From NCBI GenBank assembly GCA_023245035.1, contig JAHFLD010000003.1, positions 55,736 to 119,735 of the forward strand: 64,000 bases of DNA. Reading direction: 5' to 3'. Source of the DNA: Candidatus Harrisonbacteria bacterium. GTDB lineage: Bacteria; Patescibacteriota; Minisyncoccia; UBA6257; 1-14-0-10-40-38. The position numbers and the translations under genes were made by a program. The notes beneath the pieces were generated by a model that worked only from the letters and a program-made list of their open reading frames with translations, was not told where the DNA came from and did no database searches. Shown piece by piece: positions 49,012 to 57,795 of the stretch (the stretch's first letter is position 1; each line of letters starts with the position of its first letter).

Positions 49012-49854
49012 ATGCTGGCTGATCGCAGGGAAAAGTTCTGGATGCTGGGAGTATTGGTTCTTATGGGCTTGGCCGCTTGGCTGTGCCTCAAGTCCAATAA
49101 TGTCTCTAATAACTCTCCGGTTTCGGTGCTTACGGGCGACGAGTCGCGGCAAAAGATTGCCGCTCCGGTTTGCGGACACGAGTCGCTGATCGGTGAGTTG
49201 CGCGGCAAGATCGCTGATCTTGAGCGCCAGCTCGCTGAAGAAAAGGCGTTGACTCGCAAGTTCCTTCTCGAGAGCCTTGAGGCCAAGAAGGAGCGCGATG
49301 AGGCGCTTGCGGCATTGAAGGCCGTTCGGAATGCCGAGGGTGAACGAACAGAAAAGACAAAAGATCGCTTCCGCGATCTCTTGGACGGCTTGAACGCGAT
49401 TAAGGATCCCGCCGAGCGCGAAGTCGCAAGATTTCGTTTGAAGCGTGATCTGGAGGAGCAGTTCTGGCCGTTGCTCGTGGCGTACGGTGATCCCCTCAAA
49501 GCTCTCGATGTCTTTGGGCTTGTAACGAGCATCAGAGATTCGGGAGAGGTTGGGGGAATCACGGTGGAGAGTCTGGCAAAGGCCGAGGGTGTTACCGCCC
49601 AGCCGGAGACTCAAAGCCCGCTTGTGGCCGACATCCGCCGTGTTGGCGGTGTCCGGCAGTACTGGGAGAAACGGATGGACGAGATCTTCGAAGGCCGAGG
49701 CGCGAAAGCGATTTCGGATATGAGGAACCTCTATCCACTCCCCGAGGGAATCAAAAGCCCCAGCGAAATGATTCCCCTCGAAGACCCAAGGAGCATCGCG
49801 AGACGGGATTGGCAATTGCGCAATCCATTCCCGCCTTGCTTCTGGGAGGACTGA
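49012..49854 (+). CDS. Hypothetical membrane-anchored coiled-coil protein, GC-rich with atypical codon usage
   Basis: ATG at 49012 with GGAGGCGG upstream. TM helix (WMLGVLVLMGLAAWLCL), then coiled-coil (IADLERQLAEEKALTRKF...), then a C-terminal globular part. Confidence 0.5.
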   Translation: MLADRREKFWMLGVLVLMGLAAWLCLKSNNVSNNSPVSVLTGDESRQKIAAPVCGHESLIGELRGKIADLERQLAEEKALTRKFLLESLEAKKERDEALAALKAVRNAEGERTEKTKDRFRDLLDGLNAIKDPAEREVARFRLKRDLEEQFWPLLVAYGDPLKALDVFGLVTSIRDSGEVGGITVESLAKAEGVTAQPETQSPLVADIRRVGGVRQYWEKRMDEIFEGRGAKAISDMRNLYPLPEGIKSPSEMIPLEDPRSIARRDWQLRNPFPPCFWED

Positions 49855-49871
49855 ACCTGAGGAGGTTCTTC

Positions 49872-50216
49872 ATGAGGATCCTTTCCGCTCTTCTCGTCGT
49901 GGGATTGCTCGCGTCGTTCGCGAGCGCCCAAACCTCGTCCATCCGCATCGCTGGATCCAACGGTGGCCACACCGCCACCTTCTCCGGGTCCACCAGCACG
50001 ACTCCGGGGAGCGCGCTCCTCGGCGTGAGTGGGACGGTCACCATCGATGGCACCGTCTACACCCTTGGCACGCAGCTGCCGGGGATGGGCGGCAGCAACC
50101 CCGAACGCGGTATTTGGTGCTACAAGTGGAAGCTCTCCAATGGAGAGACGTTTACCTTGTGGCGAGGTTGCTCCGGCGGAACCGGCGGGTTCGTCGGTAC
50201 CATCAAGCTGACCTAA
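49872..50216 (+). CDS. Small secreted Gly/Thr/Ser-rich protein, GC-rich with atypical codon usage
   Basis: Strong Shine-Dalgarno GAGGAGG 8 nt upstream of the ATG. Signal peptide MRILSALLVVGLLASFASAQ, a 114-aa mature part rich in G/T/S with 2 Cys. Confidence 0.55.
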   Translation: MRILSALLVVGLLASFASAQTSSIRIAGSNGGHTATFSGSTSTTPGSALLGVSGTVTIDGTVYTLGTQLPGMGGSNPERGIWCYKWKLSNGETFTLWRGCSGGTGGFVGTIKLT

Positions 50217-50263
50217 GGGTTGGCTGACGCTCTCTTGGAGACGTCCAGGAGTAGCGACACAGG

Positions 50264-50304
50264 CCCCCGACGCGATAAAATCGCGTCGGGGGTGTTCTTT
50301 TTTT
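50264..50304 (+). terminator. Rho-independent terminator
   Basis: cccccgacgcgat-aaaa-tcgcgtcggggg 13-bp stem followed by TGTTCTTTTTTT. Confidence 0.75.
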
Positions 50305-50385
50305 AAAAGTGCGGTGGACTTGGCGAGATTTTCTGAAATAAATGACAATTTGCGATTTGCCTGAATTAAAGTAGAATATACCCAC

Positions 50386-52746
50386 ATGTTGCGACGATTG
50401 TTGGGGATTTTTGGTACCCGGCCGACCGGACAGGCCGATGTTTCTTTGATTAACGCCCTGGAGCCCGAGTTGCGGGATTTTTCCGGTGAGCGTTTACGGG
50501 ATGAGAGTAAGAAGTTGGCTGATGAAATCAAGGGTGTTGCCGAAGAAGGTTTGTTTGCCGAACTCACGCGACATTTGCCGCGAGCTTTTGCCTTGGTCCG
50601 CGAGGCGGCGCGACGAACGCTCAATCAGCGTCATTTTGATGTTCAACTCATGGGCGGCATGGCTTTGTTTGAGGGAAAGATTGTGGAGATGCGAACCGGC
50701 GAGGGAAAGACTTTGGCCGCCACCGCGCCAGCTTATCTGCATGCCTTGGCTGGTCGCGGAGTTCACGTGGTAACCGTCAATGAGTATTTGGCCAAACGTG
50801 ACGCGGTTTGGATGGGACAGGTTTATCACGCGCTTGGCCTTTCGGTGGCTTGCTTGGTGCACGAGGGAGCTTTGATGTATGACCCGCATTATCGGATCGC
50901 CGATGCCGAGGCCCGAGCCGCGGATGTCGCGCGGGACGCGACCGGAGCTTTTTTGGTTCACCAGGAGTATCTGCGCCCGGTTTCTCGGCGCGAGGCTTAT
51001 CTGGCGGATATTACTTATGGCACCAATCATGAGTTTGGTTTTGATTATTTGCGAGACAATTTGGCATATTCGCCGCAGGCGCAGGTTCAGCGCGGACACC
51101 ATTACGCGATTATTGACGAGGTGGATAGTATTTTGATTGATGAGGCGAGAACGCCGCTTATAATTTCCGCGCCGGATCAAGAATCAAGTTCTTACTACAA
51201 GACCTTTGCCCGCTTGGTGGCTAACTTGGCGCCGGCAGAGGATTACACGGTGGACGAAAAACTTCGTTCGGCCGACATTACCGAATCGGGAATCAATAAA
51301 GTTGAGCGAGCGCTCAATTTAAAAAATATTTTTGATCCGGAAAATTTGCGCCTGACGCACTATTTGCAGGAAAGTTTGCGCGCCAAGGCCTTGTTTTTAA
51401 AGGATCGGGATTATGTAGTTAAGGACGGACAGATTGTGATTGTCGATCAATTCACAGGACGATTGATGGTTGGCCGGCGTTATTCGGGCGGTTTGCATCA
51501 GGCGATTGAGGCCAAAGAGGGCGTTTTGGTTCAACAGGAATCCCGAACTTACGCTCAAGTTTCCATTCAGAATTATTTTCGTCTTTACCGCAGGTTGGGC
51601 GGCATGACCGGCACGGCGCAAACCTCGGCCGAAGAGTTTGATAAGGTTTACAAGTTGGAGGTGGTGACCGTCCCGACTCATCGCCCAATGGTTCGTAAAG
51701 ACGAGCCGGATCTGATTTATAAAAATTTAGAGGCGAAGTACGCGGCGATTATCGCCGACATTCGCGCGCGACACGAAAAGGGCCAACCGGTTTTAATCGG
51801 CACGGTGTCCATCGAAAAAAATGAAGAACTTTCAAGGCGGTTAACTCGAGCCGGTTTGCCCCACGAAGTTTTGAACGCCAAAAATAACGAGCGCGAGGGT
51901 TCGATTATTGCTCAGGCGGGGCGAGCGGGAGCGATTACGGTCGCGACCAACATGGCCGGGCGGGGAGTGGATATTATTTTGGGCGGTAATCCACCGGAGG
52001 CGCAATCGGCGGAAAAAGTTAAAACTGCCGGTGGCTTGCATGTGGTGGGCACGGAGCGGCACGAGTCGCGGCGTATTGATAACCAGTTGCGGGGGCGCGC
52101 GGGGCGGCAGGGCGATCCGGGCTCGTCGCAATTCTTCCTTTCGCTCGAAGATGACTTGATGCGAATTTTTGGCGGTGGACGCATTAAGGGACTAATGGAG
52201 CGGCTTAACGTGCCGGAAGATATGCCAATTCAGGCGAATCTTCTGAATCGGGCTATTTCACAGGCGCAGGCCAAGGTGGAGGGGGCTAACTTTGATTCAC
52301 GAAAGCATTTACTGGATTATGACGATGTCTTAAACAAGCAAAGGACGGCGATTTATAAGAAGCGACAGGAGTTGCTTTCGGCCAACGTTCCCCAGCCGGT
52401 ACTGGGCGCTTTGGATATGTTTTGGATGAATCACCTGGAGGATATGGAGGCGCTGGCGGAGTCGGTGCGGCTTCGGGCTTATGGCCAGCATGATCCACTG
52501 GTGGAATATCGACGCGAAGGGCATGGATTTTATCAGACCATGTTGCGAAATTTTGAGGAGTGGCAAATAGAAAACGCGGAAAAACTCGCGGGGTTACCAA
52601 CGAATAACGAATCTGGCGCGAACCTTTCTCTTGCGTCAACCCTAAACCCTTTACCCTCAACCCCGAAATCAGATACAAAGCGCAACGATCCTTGCCCCTG
52701 CGGGAGCGGGAAAAAGTTCAAGAAGTGCCATGGGCTAAACCAATAA
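50386..52746 (+). CDS. secA: Preprotein translocase ATPase SecA
   Basis: DEAD-motor blocks (MRTGEGKTL; HVVTVNEYLAKRD; DEVDSILIDEARTPLIIS; TGMAGRGVDI), C-terminal zinc finger CPCGSGKKFKKCHG. 786 aa. Confidence 0.95.
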   Translation: MLRRLLGIFGTRPTGQADVSLINALEPELRDFSGERLRDESKKLADEIKGVAEEGLFAELTRHLPRAFALVREAARRTLNQRHFDVQLMGGMALFEGKIVEMRTGEGKTLAATAPAYLHALAGRGVHVVTVNEYLAKRDAVWMGQVYHALGLSVACLVHEGALMYDPHYRIADAEARAADVARDATGAFLVHQEYLRPVSRREAYLADITYGTNHEFGFDYLRDNLAYSPQAQVQRGHHYAIIDEVDSILIDEARTPLIISAPDQESSSYYKTFARLVANLAPAEDYTVDEKLRSADITESGINKVERALNLKNIFDPENLRLTHYLQESLRAKALFLKDRDYVVKDGQIVIVDQFTGRLMVGRRYSGGLHQAIEAKEGVLVQQESRTYAQVSIQNYFRLYRRLGGMTGTAQTSAEEFDKVYKLEVVTVPTHRPMVRKDEPDLIYKNLEAKYAAIIADIRARHEKGQPVLIGTVSIEKNEELSRRLTRAGLPHEVLNAKNNEREGSIIAQAGRAGAITVATNMAGRGVDIILGGNPPEAQSAEKVKTAGGLHVVGTERHESRRIDNQLRGRAGRQGDPGSSQFFLSLEDDLMRIFGGGRIKGLMERLNVPEDMPIQANLLNRAISQAQAKVEGANFDSRKHLLDYDDVLNKQRTAIYKKRQELLSANVPQPVLGALDMFWMNHLEDMEALAESVRLRAYGQHDPLVEYRREGHGFYQTMLRNFEEWQIENAEKLAGLPTNNESGANLSLASTLNPLPSTPKSDTKRNDPCPCGSGKKFKKCHGLNQ

Positions 52747-53024
52747 TTTATTTCTAAATTATTGGTCGCTCGAACATTTTGTGGGACGTTTATCAGAATT
52801 TTTTAGGGAGAAATATGAATATTGTTATGGGAAGCAAGGACGAGAAGTTTTATAGAATTGTCGTGAGCGACGTCGGAATCTATTCGGCAGTTGATCGTGG
52901 CGATACGGCGCGAGAGGGGGAGTTACGCCAAAAACTTGAGCAGTGGAGTTTTTGAAATCCCTATAGTAGAAATCAGGGAGTGAATTTTACCTTCCTTTAG
53001 GATTGGTGGCGCTCGCCTTGTAGT

Positions 53025-53903
53025 CTAATCGCAGAAGCAGAATTCCGGCTGGACGGCTGTTTGACCGCAGGTGACTGGAATGGAGGTGTTGGCAACTGTG
53101 ACGCCGCCGGTGGAGCACTGCAGGCCGTGCGCCGAACAGACGCTGGTACAGGAGGTCGCGCCGAAGATGGCAATGACTTGATAACCGCGGCCGCCGCCGT
53201 CGTAATTGGCGGCTTCGTTTACTTGACCGTTAACAATGGAGTAATTATTCAAATAGAGACTTTTCCATTGGGTGCCCGAGCTGCCAAGATCGTAAAGCGG
53301 CGGGGTGCCGGCTGGAATAAGATTGGAATCAAAAGTTGCGGCCGAGACACGGGTGGCGGCGGAGGTTACTTGGCGCTGGGCGCTGTAGGCGGGATTGGTG
53401 GTGTTGTATTGCAGGGTGATGTTGATTTGCACCAGGTCGTGTCCGGGAGGGGAGCTGAACTTGGTATAGACCAAACCTCCGGCTGGAACGGTAACCGCGT
53501 CGGTGGTAAGTACTCTGGCGGCGGGGAAATTACATTGAGCCGGATCGGTTAGCGAGGCGCCTTCGGCGATCTTGATGGCGCCAAGCTCGGCGTAAACGCA
53601 GGTTGGATCCTTGAGGCGATCCTTCATCCGAAGTTTGAGGACGTTGCGAGTCGTTCCGGTCTGGGCGTCATTGTTGCTAAAATCGTCGTTAACAATGACC
53701 GCGCTTGATTCGCGCACCAACTGTTGGATTCGTTGCATAGACAAGTTCAGCTGGCTGGTGACTTCGCTTGACGAAGATTGGCGAACTTGCACTTTGGTTG
53801 CCGTGCTTAAAATATTGGCGAAGAGAGTTGCCATCACGGTTGTGATGCCCATGTAGATTAATAGTTCCAGCAAACTAAAACCGCTTTGGTGGTTGGGCCT
53901 CAT
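53025..53903 (-). CDS. Type IV pilin-like protein with prepilin N-terminal cleavage/methylation domain
   Basis: N-terminus MRPNHQSG|FSLLELLIYMGI is a class III signal peptide with the G-F-x-x-x-E motif. C-terminus carries 8 Cys in 40 aa. Confidence 0.7.
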   Translation of the reverse strand: MRPNHQSGFSLLELLIYMGITTVMATLFANILSTATKVQVRQSSSSEVTSQLNLSMQRIQQLVRESSAVIVNDDFSNNDAQTGTTRNVLKLRMKDRLKDPTCVYAELGAIKIAEGASLTDPAQCNFPAARVLTTDAVTVPAGGLVYTKFSSPPGHDLVQINITLQYNTTNPAYSAQRQVTSAATRVSAATFDSNLIPAGTPPLYDLGSSGTQWKSLYLNNYSIVNGQVNEAANYDGGGRGYQVIAIFGATSCTSVCSAHGLQCSTGGVTVANTSIPVTCGQTAVQPEFCFCD

Positions 53904-53930
53904 GGGGTTTGGCTATTATTGTAGCATATT

Positions 53931-54542
53931 TCAGACGGCTGTCGGATCAAAAAAGAGGATGCTGATGGTTTTAGCCAGAATTTTCCAGTCAAGGGCGAGC
54001 GACTGTCTTTGCAGATAATGCTGGTCGAGGGTTAACTCTTCCAAAAATTTTAGTTTTGAGGCGCCGTTGACTTGAGAGAGTCCGGTCACGCCGGCTTTGA
54101 CCAGGACCAAGTGGGCGTATTGCTTGGGGTAGTGGACGACTTCTTCCGGTTCGTGGGGTCGGGGGCCAACCAGAGAGAGTTCACCGCGCAGAACATTCCA
54201 AAGTTGAGGAAATTCGTCCAGGCGGAATTTACGAATTAGTTTTCCGGTCTTGGTAAGACGAGGATCGTTTCTGATTTTGAAGAAGGGCCCGTCCCCGCGT
54301 TCGTTTAAGTGGCGCAGAGATGGCTTTAGCAGTTCGGCGCCGTCTACCATGGAGCGGAATTTTAATATCCGGATGGTTTTCCCGCGACTGACTCGATTTA
54401 GTTTCACCAAAATCGGGCCGGGAGATTCAATTTTTATGGCCAGGGCGATGAAGGGAGTCAGCGGTGCTATGGCGAGCAATCCCACGATGGCGCCAGCAAT
54501 GTCGGTTAGCCGTTTTAGGGTGTGATACATCTTTCGGTTCAT
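53931..54542 (-). CDS. Bacterial sugar transferase (undecaprenyl-phosphate hexose-1-phosphate transferase, WbaP/PglC family)
   Basis: Single N-terminal TM then the conserved PF02397 core (KFRSM....E; RDPR.T..G...R...LDELPQL.NVL.G.MSLVGPRP). ATG at 54542, or 54530. Confidence 0.8.
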   Translation of the reverse strand: MNRKMYHTLKRLTDIAGAIVGLLAIAPLTPFIALAIKIESPGPILVKLNRVSRGKTIRILKFRSMVDGAELLKPSLRHLNERGDGPFFKIRNDPRLTKTGKLIRKFRLDEFPQLWNVLRGELSLVGPRPHEPEEVVHYPKQYAHLVLVKAGVTGLSQVNGASKLKFLEELTLDQHYLQRQSLALDWKILAKTISILFFDPTAV

Positions 54543-54562
54543 CACATGGTATCCTATTTTGC

Positions 54563-55681
54563 ATGAAAGTGGCACTCCTGCATGATTATCTAAATCAATA
54601 TGGCGGGGCCGAGCGGGTTCTTGCTGAATTGTTAAAAATCTTTCCCCGGGCCTCGGTTCATACGTTGTTGCATGACCCAGAGCGGGTGGGGAACGATCTA
54701 GCGGAGCGCGTTTTTTTGCGCCGAGGCCGAGCCAGTTTGCTTGATTTTGCCTGGATTCGTTCACATCACCGACTTTTTATTCCTTTGATGCCGTCTGTGG
54801 CGGAGCGGATGCCGCTTGCCACGGATTTGGATTTGCTCGTTTCTGACAGCGCCGGATTTGCCAAGGGGATTGGCGCCCGCGCCATCGCTCGACTAGGGCG
54901 CAAGCCTTTTCATGTTTTGTATTGCCACACGCCTTTGCGTTATGCCTGGGAGGCCAGATCTTATTTCGCAAACCGATTTTTTACCGGGGTTTTTGCTCCG
55001 GCTTTTAATTTTTTGCGAGAGTGGGACTTGGCGATGGCGCAGAGGCCGAATGTTATTTTGGCTAATTCCAATTTTATTGCCGGTAAGATTCAAAATTATT
55101 ACCGGCGCGAGGCGGTTACGCTGTATCCGCCTTATGACCCGGAGCGTTTTTATTTTGATTCCACGGCAACTCGCGGAGATTATTTTTTAGCAGCGGGGCG
55201 ACTTTTGGCTTATAAGCGCTTTGATTTGGTTCTGCGAGCTTTTGAACTTTTGCCGTTTCCGCTCGTGATTGCCGGAGCCGGACCGGAGCTTGGAGCTTTA
55301 CGAAAGTTGGCTTATAAGAATTCGCGAGTCAGCTTCGCGGTTTCTCCGACCGACAATGAGTTGCGCGGACTTTATGCCGGAGCCAGAGGCTTAATCTTTC
55401 CTAATGTTGAAGATTTTGGCTTGATACCGGTGGAGGCTCACGCGTGTGGGACGCCGGTTTTAGCTTTTGCCGGCGGTGGCGCCTTGGAAACCGTCATCCC
55501 AGAATTGAACGGTCTGTTTTTTAAGGAGCAGACGGCGAAGTCGCTCGCTCAAGCGGTGCGGGATTTGGCGCTAATTGATTTTTCGGCCAAGGAAATCGCT
55601 AGAACGGCCAATCGTTTTACGCCGGAGCGTTTTAGGGCCGAATTTACGGCTCGTTTGCCTCGGGATTTGCGTTCCAACTAG
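54563..55681 (+). CDS. Glycosyltransferase family 4 (GT-B, RfaG-like)
   Basis: MKVALLHDYLNQYGGAERV N-terminus and EDFGLIPVEAHACGTPVLA (E-x7-E-like GT4 motif). Transcribed divergently from the sugar transferase. Confidence 0.8.
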   Translation: MKVALLHDYLNQYGGAERVLAELLKIFPRASVHTLLHDPERVGNDLAERVFLRRGRASLLDFAWIRSHHRLFIPLMPSVAERMPLATDLDLLVSDSAGFAKGIGARAIARLGRKPFHVLYCHTPLRYAWEARSYFANRFFTGVFAPAFNFLREWDLAMAQRPNVILANSNFIAGKIQNYYRREAVTLYPPYDPERFYFDSTATRGDYFLAAGRLLAYKRFDLVLRAFELLPFPLVIAGAGPELGALRKLAYKNSRVSFAVSPTDNELRGLYAGARGLIFPNVEDFGLIPVEAHACGTPVLAFAGGGALETVIPELNGLFFKEQTAKSLAQAVRDLALIDFSAKEIARTANRFTPERFRAEFTARLPRDLRSN

Positions 55682-55705
55682 CTTTTGTGTACAATTGCCT
55701 CTCGT

Positions 55706-56518
55706 ATGACCGAGAACCCAACTACTACTTCGCTCAAGACGGAGGCCGCCGATCAAGCCGTGCTTCAGGACTTTGAGTTGATGGCCAAGGCTGGTATGAT
55801 TTACGGCCGAAAAAAATCCAAAACCAACCCCAAGATGGCGCGGTATATTTTTGGCATTCGAAATGGAGTCCAGATTATTGACATCGCCCAAACCGCTCAT
55901 TTAATCAAAAAAGCCGGAGAATTTTTGCAAACTGCTCTTAAAGATGGCGGATCGGTGATGCTGGTCGGAACCCGGCCGGCTTCCAAAGATATTGTTAAGG
56001 CCTTTGGTTTGAAATTTGGCTTGCCTTACGTTGAGGAGCGATGGCTCGGCGGGACGCTGACTAATTTTGAGGCGATTTCCAAACGATTGAATTATTATCT
56101 CGGATTGAAACAGGATAGCGCTTCCGGTCGTCTGGAAAAGTATACGAAGAAGGAGCGGATTTTGCTGGAGAAAAAAATTGAGAAGCTGACCAAGTTTTTT
56201 AGCGGACTGGAAAAATTTACCGAAAAACCCAAGGCCCTTTTGGTGGTTAATCCGGTTTATCATATAACCGCTGTTCGCGAGGCTAATCGTTTGAATATTC
56301 CGGTGGTGGCGCTAATGAACACCGATGCGGATCCGGATCGGGTTGTTTTTCCGATTCCGGTTAACGACAACTCCAAGGCCAGCATCCAGATGGTTTTTGA
56401 TCGGCTGGAGACTTTTGTGGCGGCTGGAATTCGCGAACGAGCGGCGCGTCCGGTCATGGCGAATTTGACCAAGCCCTCAGGCGGAGCCGTTGGTATGGCC
56501 GGAGGTTTAAAACTTTAG
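55706..56518 (+). CDS. rpsB: 30S ribosomal protein S2
   Basis: AGMIYGRKKSKTNPKMARYIFG.RNG..IID..QT, ..GG..LFVGT, EERWLGGTLTNF matches S2. ATG at 55706. Confidence 0.9.
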   Translation: MTENPTTTSLKTEAADQAVLQDFELMAKAGMIYGRKKSKTNPKMARYIFGIRNGVQIIDIAQTAHLIKKAGEFLQTALKDGGSVMLVGTRPASKDIVKAFGLKFGLPYVEERWLGGTLTNFEAISKRLNYYLGLKQDSASGRLEKYTKKERILLEKKIEKLTKFFSGLEKFTEKPKALLVVNPVYHITAVREANRLNIPVVALMNTDADPDRVVFPIPVNDNSKASIQMVFDRLETFVAAGIRERAARPVMANLTKPSGGAVGMAGGLKL

Positions 56519-56594
56519 CGGTTTTTGTTTTGCGAGGCGGTTTTGCTATGATTGATTCGGTTGCCGGAGTTTTATAATTTTTTTATATTAAGGC

Positions 56595-57035
56595 ATGACA
56601 AATCAAGTTCAAGAATTGCGGACACAGACCGGAGCCGGAGTGATGGATTGCAAGAAGGCGCTTGAGGATGCCGGTGGAGATCTAGCTAAGGCTTTGGTTT
56701 TAATTAAACAGCGCGGTTTGCTTAAGGCCGAGAAAAAAGCGGAAAGAGTTACCAGCGCCGGTTTGTTGGAGTCTTATATTCACAACGGACGGGTTGGTGT
56801 TTTACTGGAATTGCGTTGCGAAACGGATTTTGTGGCGCGAACGGATTCGGTTAAAGAGCTGGCTAAAAACTTGACTATGCAAGTTGCGGCGATGGGTGCC
56901 ACGAGTGTCGGTGAACTTTTACTCCAGCCGTTTATTCGCGATGCCTCAATGACGGTGGAGATGTTAGTTAAAGGCGTGGTGGCCAAGGTGGGGGAGAATA
57001 TTCGGATAGAGCGTTTTACGCGTTACGAACTTTAG
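56595..57035 (+). CDS. tsf: Elongation factor Ts (short form)
   Basis: LRTQTGAGVMDCKKALEDAGGDLAKA...LLKAEKKA.R.TSAGL matches the EF-Ts N-terminal UBA-like domain plus a single core subdomain. 146 aa, directly after rpsB. Confidence 0.85.
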   Translation: MTNQVQELRTQTGAGVMDCKKALEDAGGDLAKALVLIKQRGLLKAEKKAERVTSAGLLESYIHNGRVGVLLELRCETDFVARTDSVKELAKNLTMQVAAMGATSVGELLLQPFIRDASMTVEMLVKGVVAKVGENIRIERFTRYEL

Positions 57036-57041
57036 CACCCC

Positions 57042-57371
57042 ATGTACGAATTCATTCTTCAGCTTCTAGTTTTTTCCAGTTTGAGTTTTGCTATCTATAT
57101 TTTGGCGCGCGCTTTGCCGCGAGTAAATTCAGAGGAGGATCGGGCGGCCGCTTCCGGGAGGCTTGATCGAATTGTCGCTAAGATTCCGTTTCATAAGATC
57201 GACGTTCAACTGACCTCTTTTTTGGAGAAATTTTTGCGGCGGGTTAGGGTGGTTTTGCTTAAAGTGGATAACCTGCTTTCGCATCATGTCCGCCGTTTAC
57301 GGGCGAGCAAGGAGGAGCAATCTTCGGAGAAGCGTTCCGGTCTTTTTGGCGGTGATAACAAGTCGGAGTAG
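57042..57371 (+). CDS. Hypothetical small membrane protein
   Basis: 109 aa with one N-terminal TM helix. No motif recognised. Confidence 0.35.
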   Translation: MYEFILQLLVFSSLSFAIYILARALPRVNSEEDRAAASGRLDRIVAKIPFHKIDVQLTSFLEKFLRRVRVVLLKVDNLLSHHVRRLRASKEEQSSEKRSGLFGGDNKSE

Positions 57372-57415
57372 CTTGCTGTTTTGGTTATTTTTTCTTACAC
57401 TGGTTACTGTTCTCT

Positions 57416-57499
57416 GGGCAGGTGGCAGAGCGGTCAAATGCACGTGGCTGTAGACCACGCGCCCTTGTGGCTACGGGGGTTCGAATCCCTCCCTGCCCA
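57416..57499 (+). tRNA. tRNA-Tyr (anticodon GTA), long variable arm, no encoded CCA
   Basis: Acceptor GGGCAGG/CCTGCCC, anticodon loop CTGTAGA, long extra arm, T-loop GGTTCGAATCC. Confidence 0.85.
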
Positions 57500-57795
57500 C
57501 ATCTTTCTTGTTTTTTTGTGCGTACCTTTGTTGCTCGTTGTGTTTCCTGCTAAGCAGGATATGCCTTGATACTGCTTAGCAGATTACTCACTCGCGCCTC
57601 GGTTCGCGCAAAAAAATATCAAGAAATCTTCGGGGTTAAAATAAAATTTATCTAGTTGGATTGGGAGGGTGTTTTTCGCTTCGGCTGGATGTTGTCCGGC
57701 GAGCTTGCCTTTCTCTGCTTATTTAACTTACTATTGGCCTAGTTCTTTTAGCTCGTTCTTTGACACGATTCTTTTTACTAAGGAGATCTTTTCGA

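Noticed and set aside
52815-52955. 46-aa ORF (MNIVMGSKDEKFYRIVVSDVGIYSAVDRGDTAREGELRQKLEQWSF) between secA and the pilin gene
   Set aside because: It is short, has no recognisable motif or ribosome-binding site, and could be a leader or chance ORF. Not reported as a feature.
57500-57795. ZTP (pfl) riboswitch upstream of purH
   Set aside because: purH is a classic ZTP-riboswitch target, but I could not find the hallmark 3' pseudoknot element CCGCCUGGGC or the GGGUCGUGACUGGCG 5' block in the leader. A covariance-model search would be needed to be certain.
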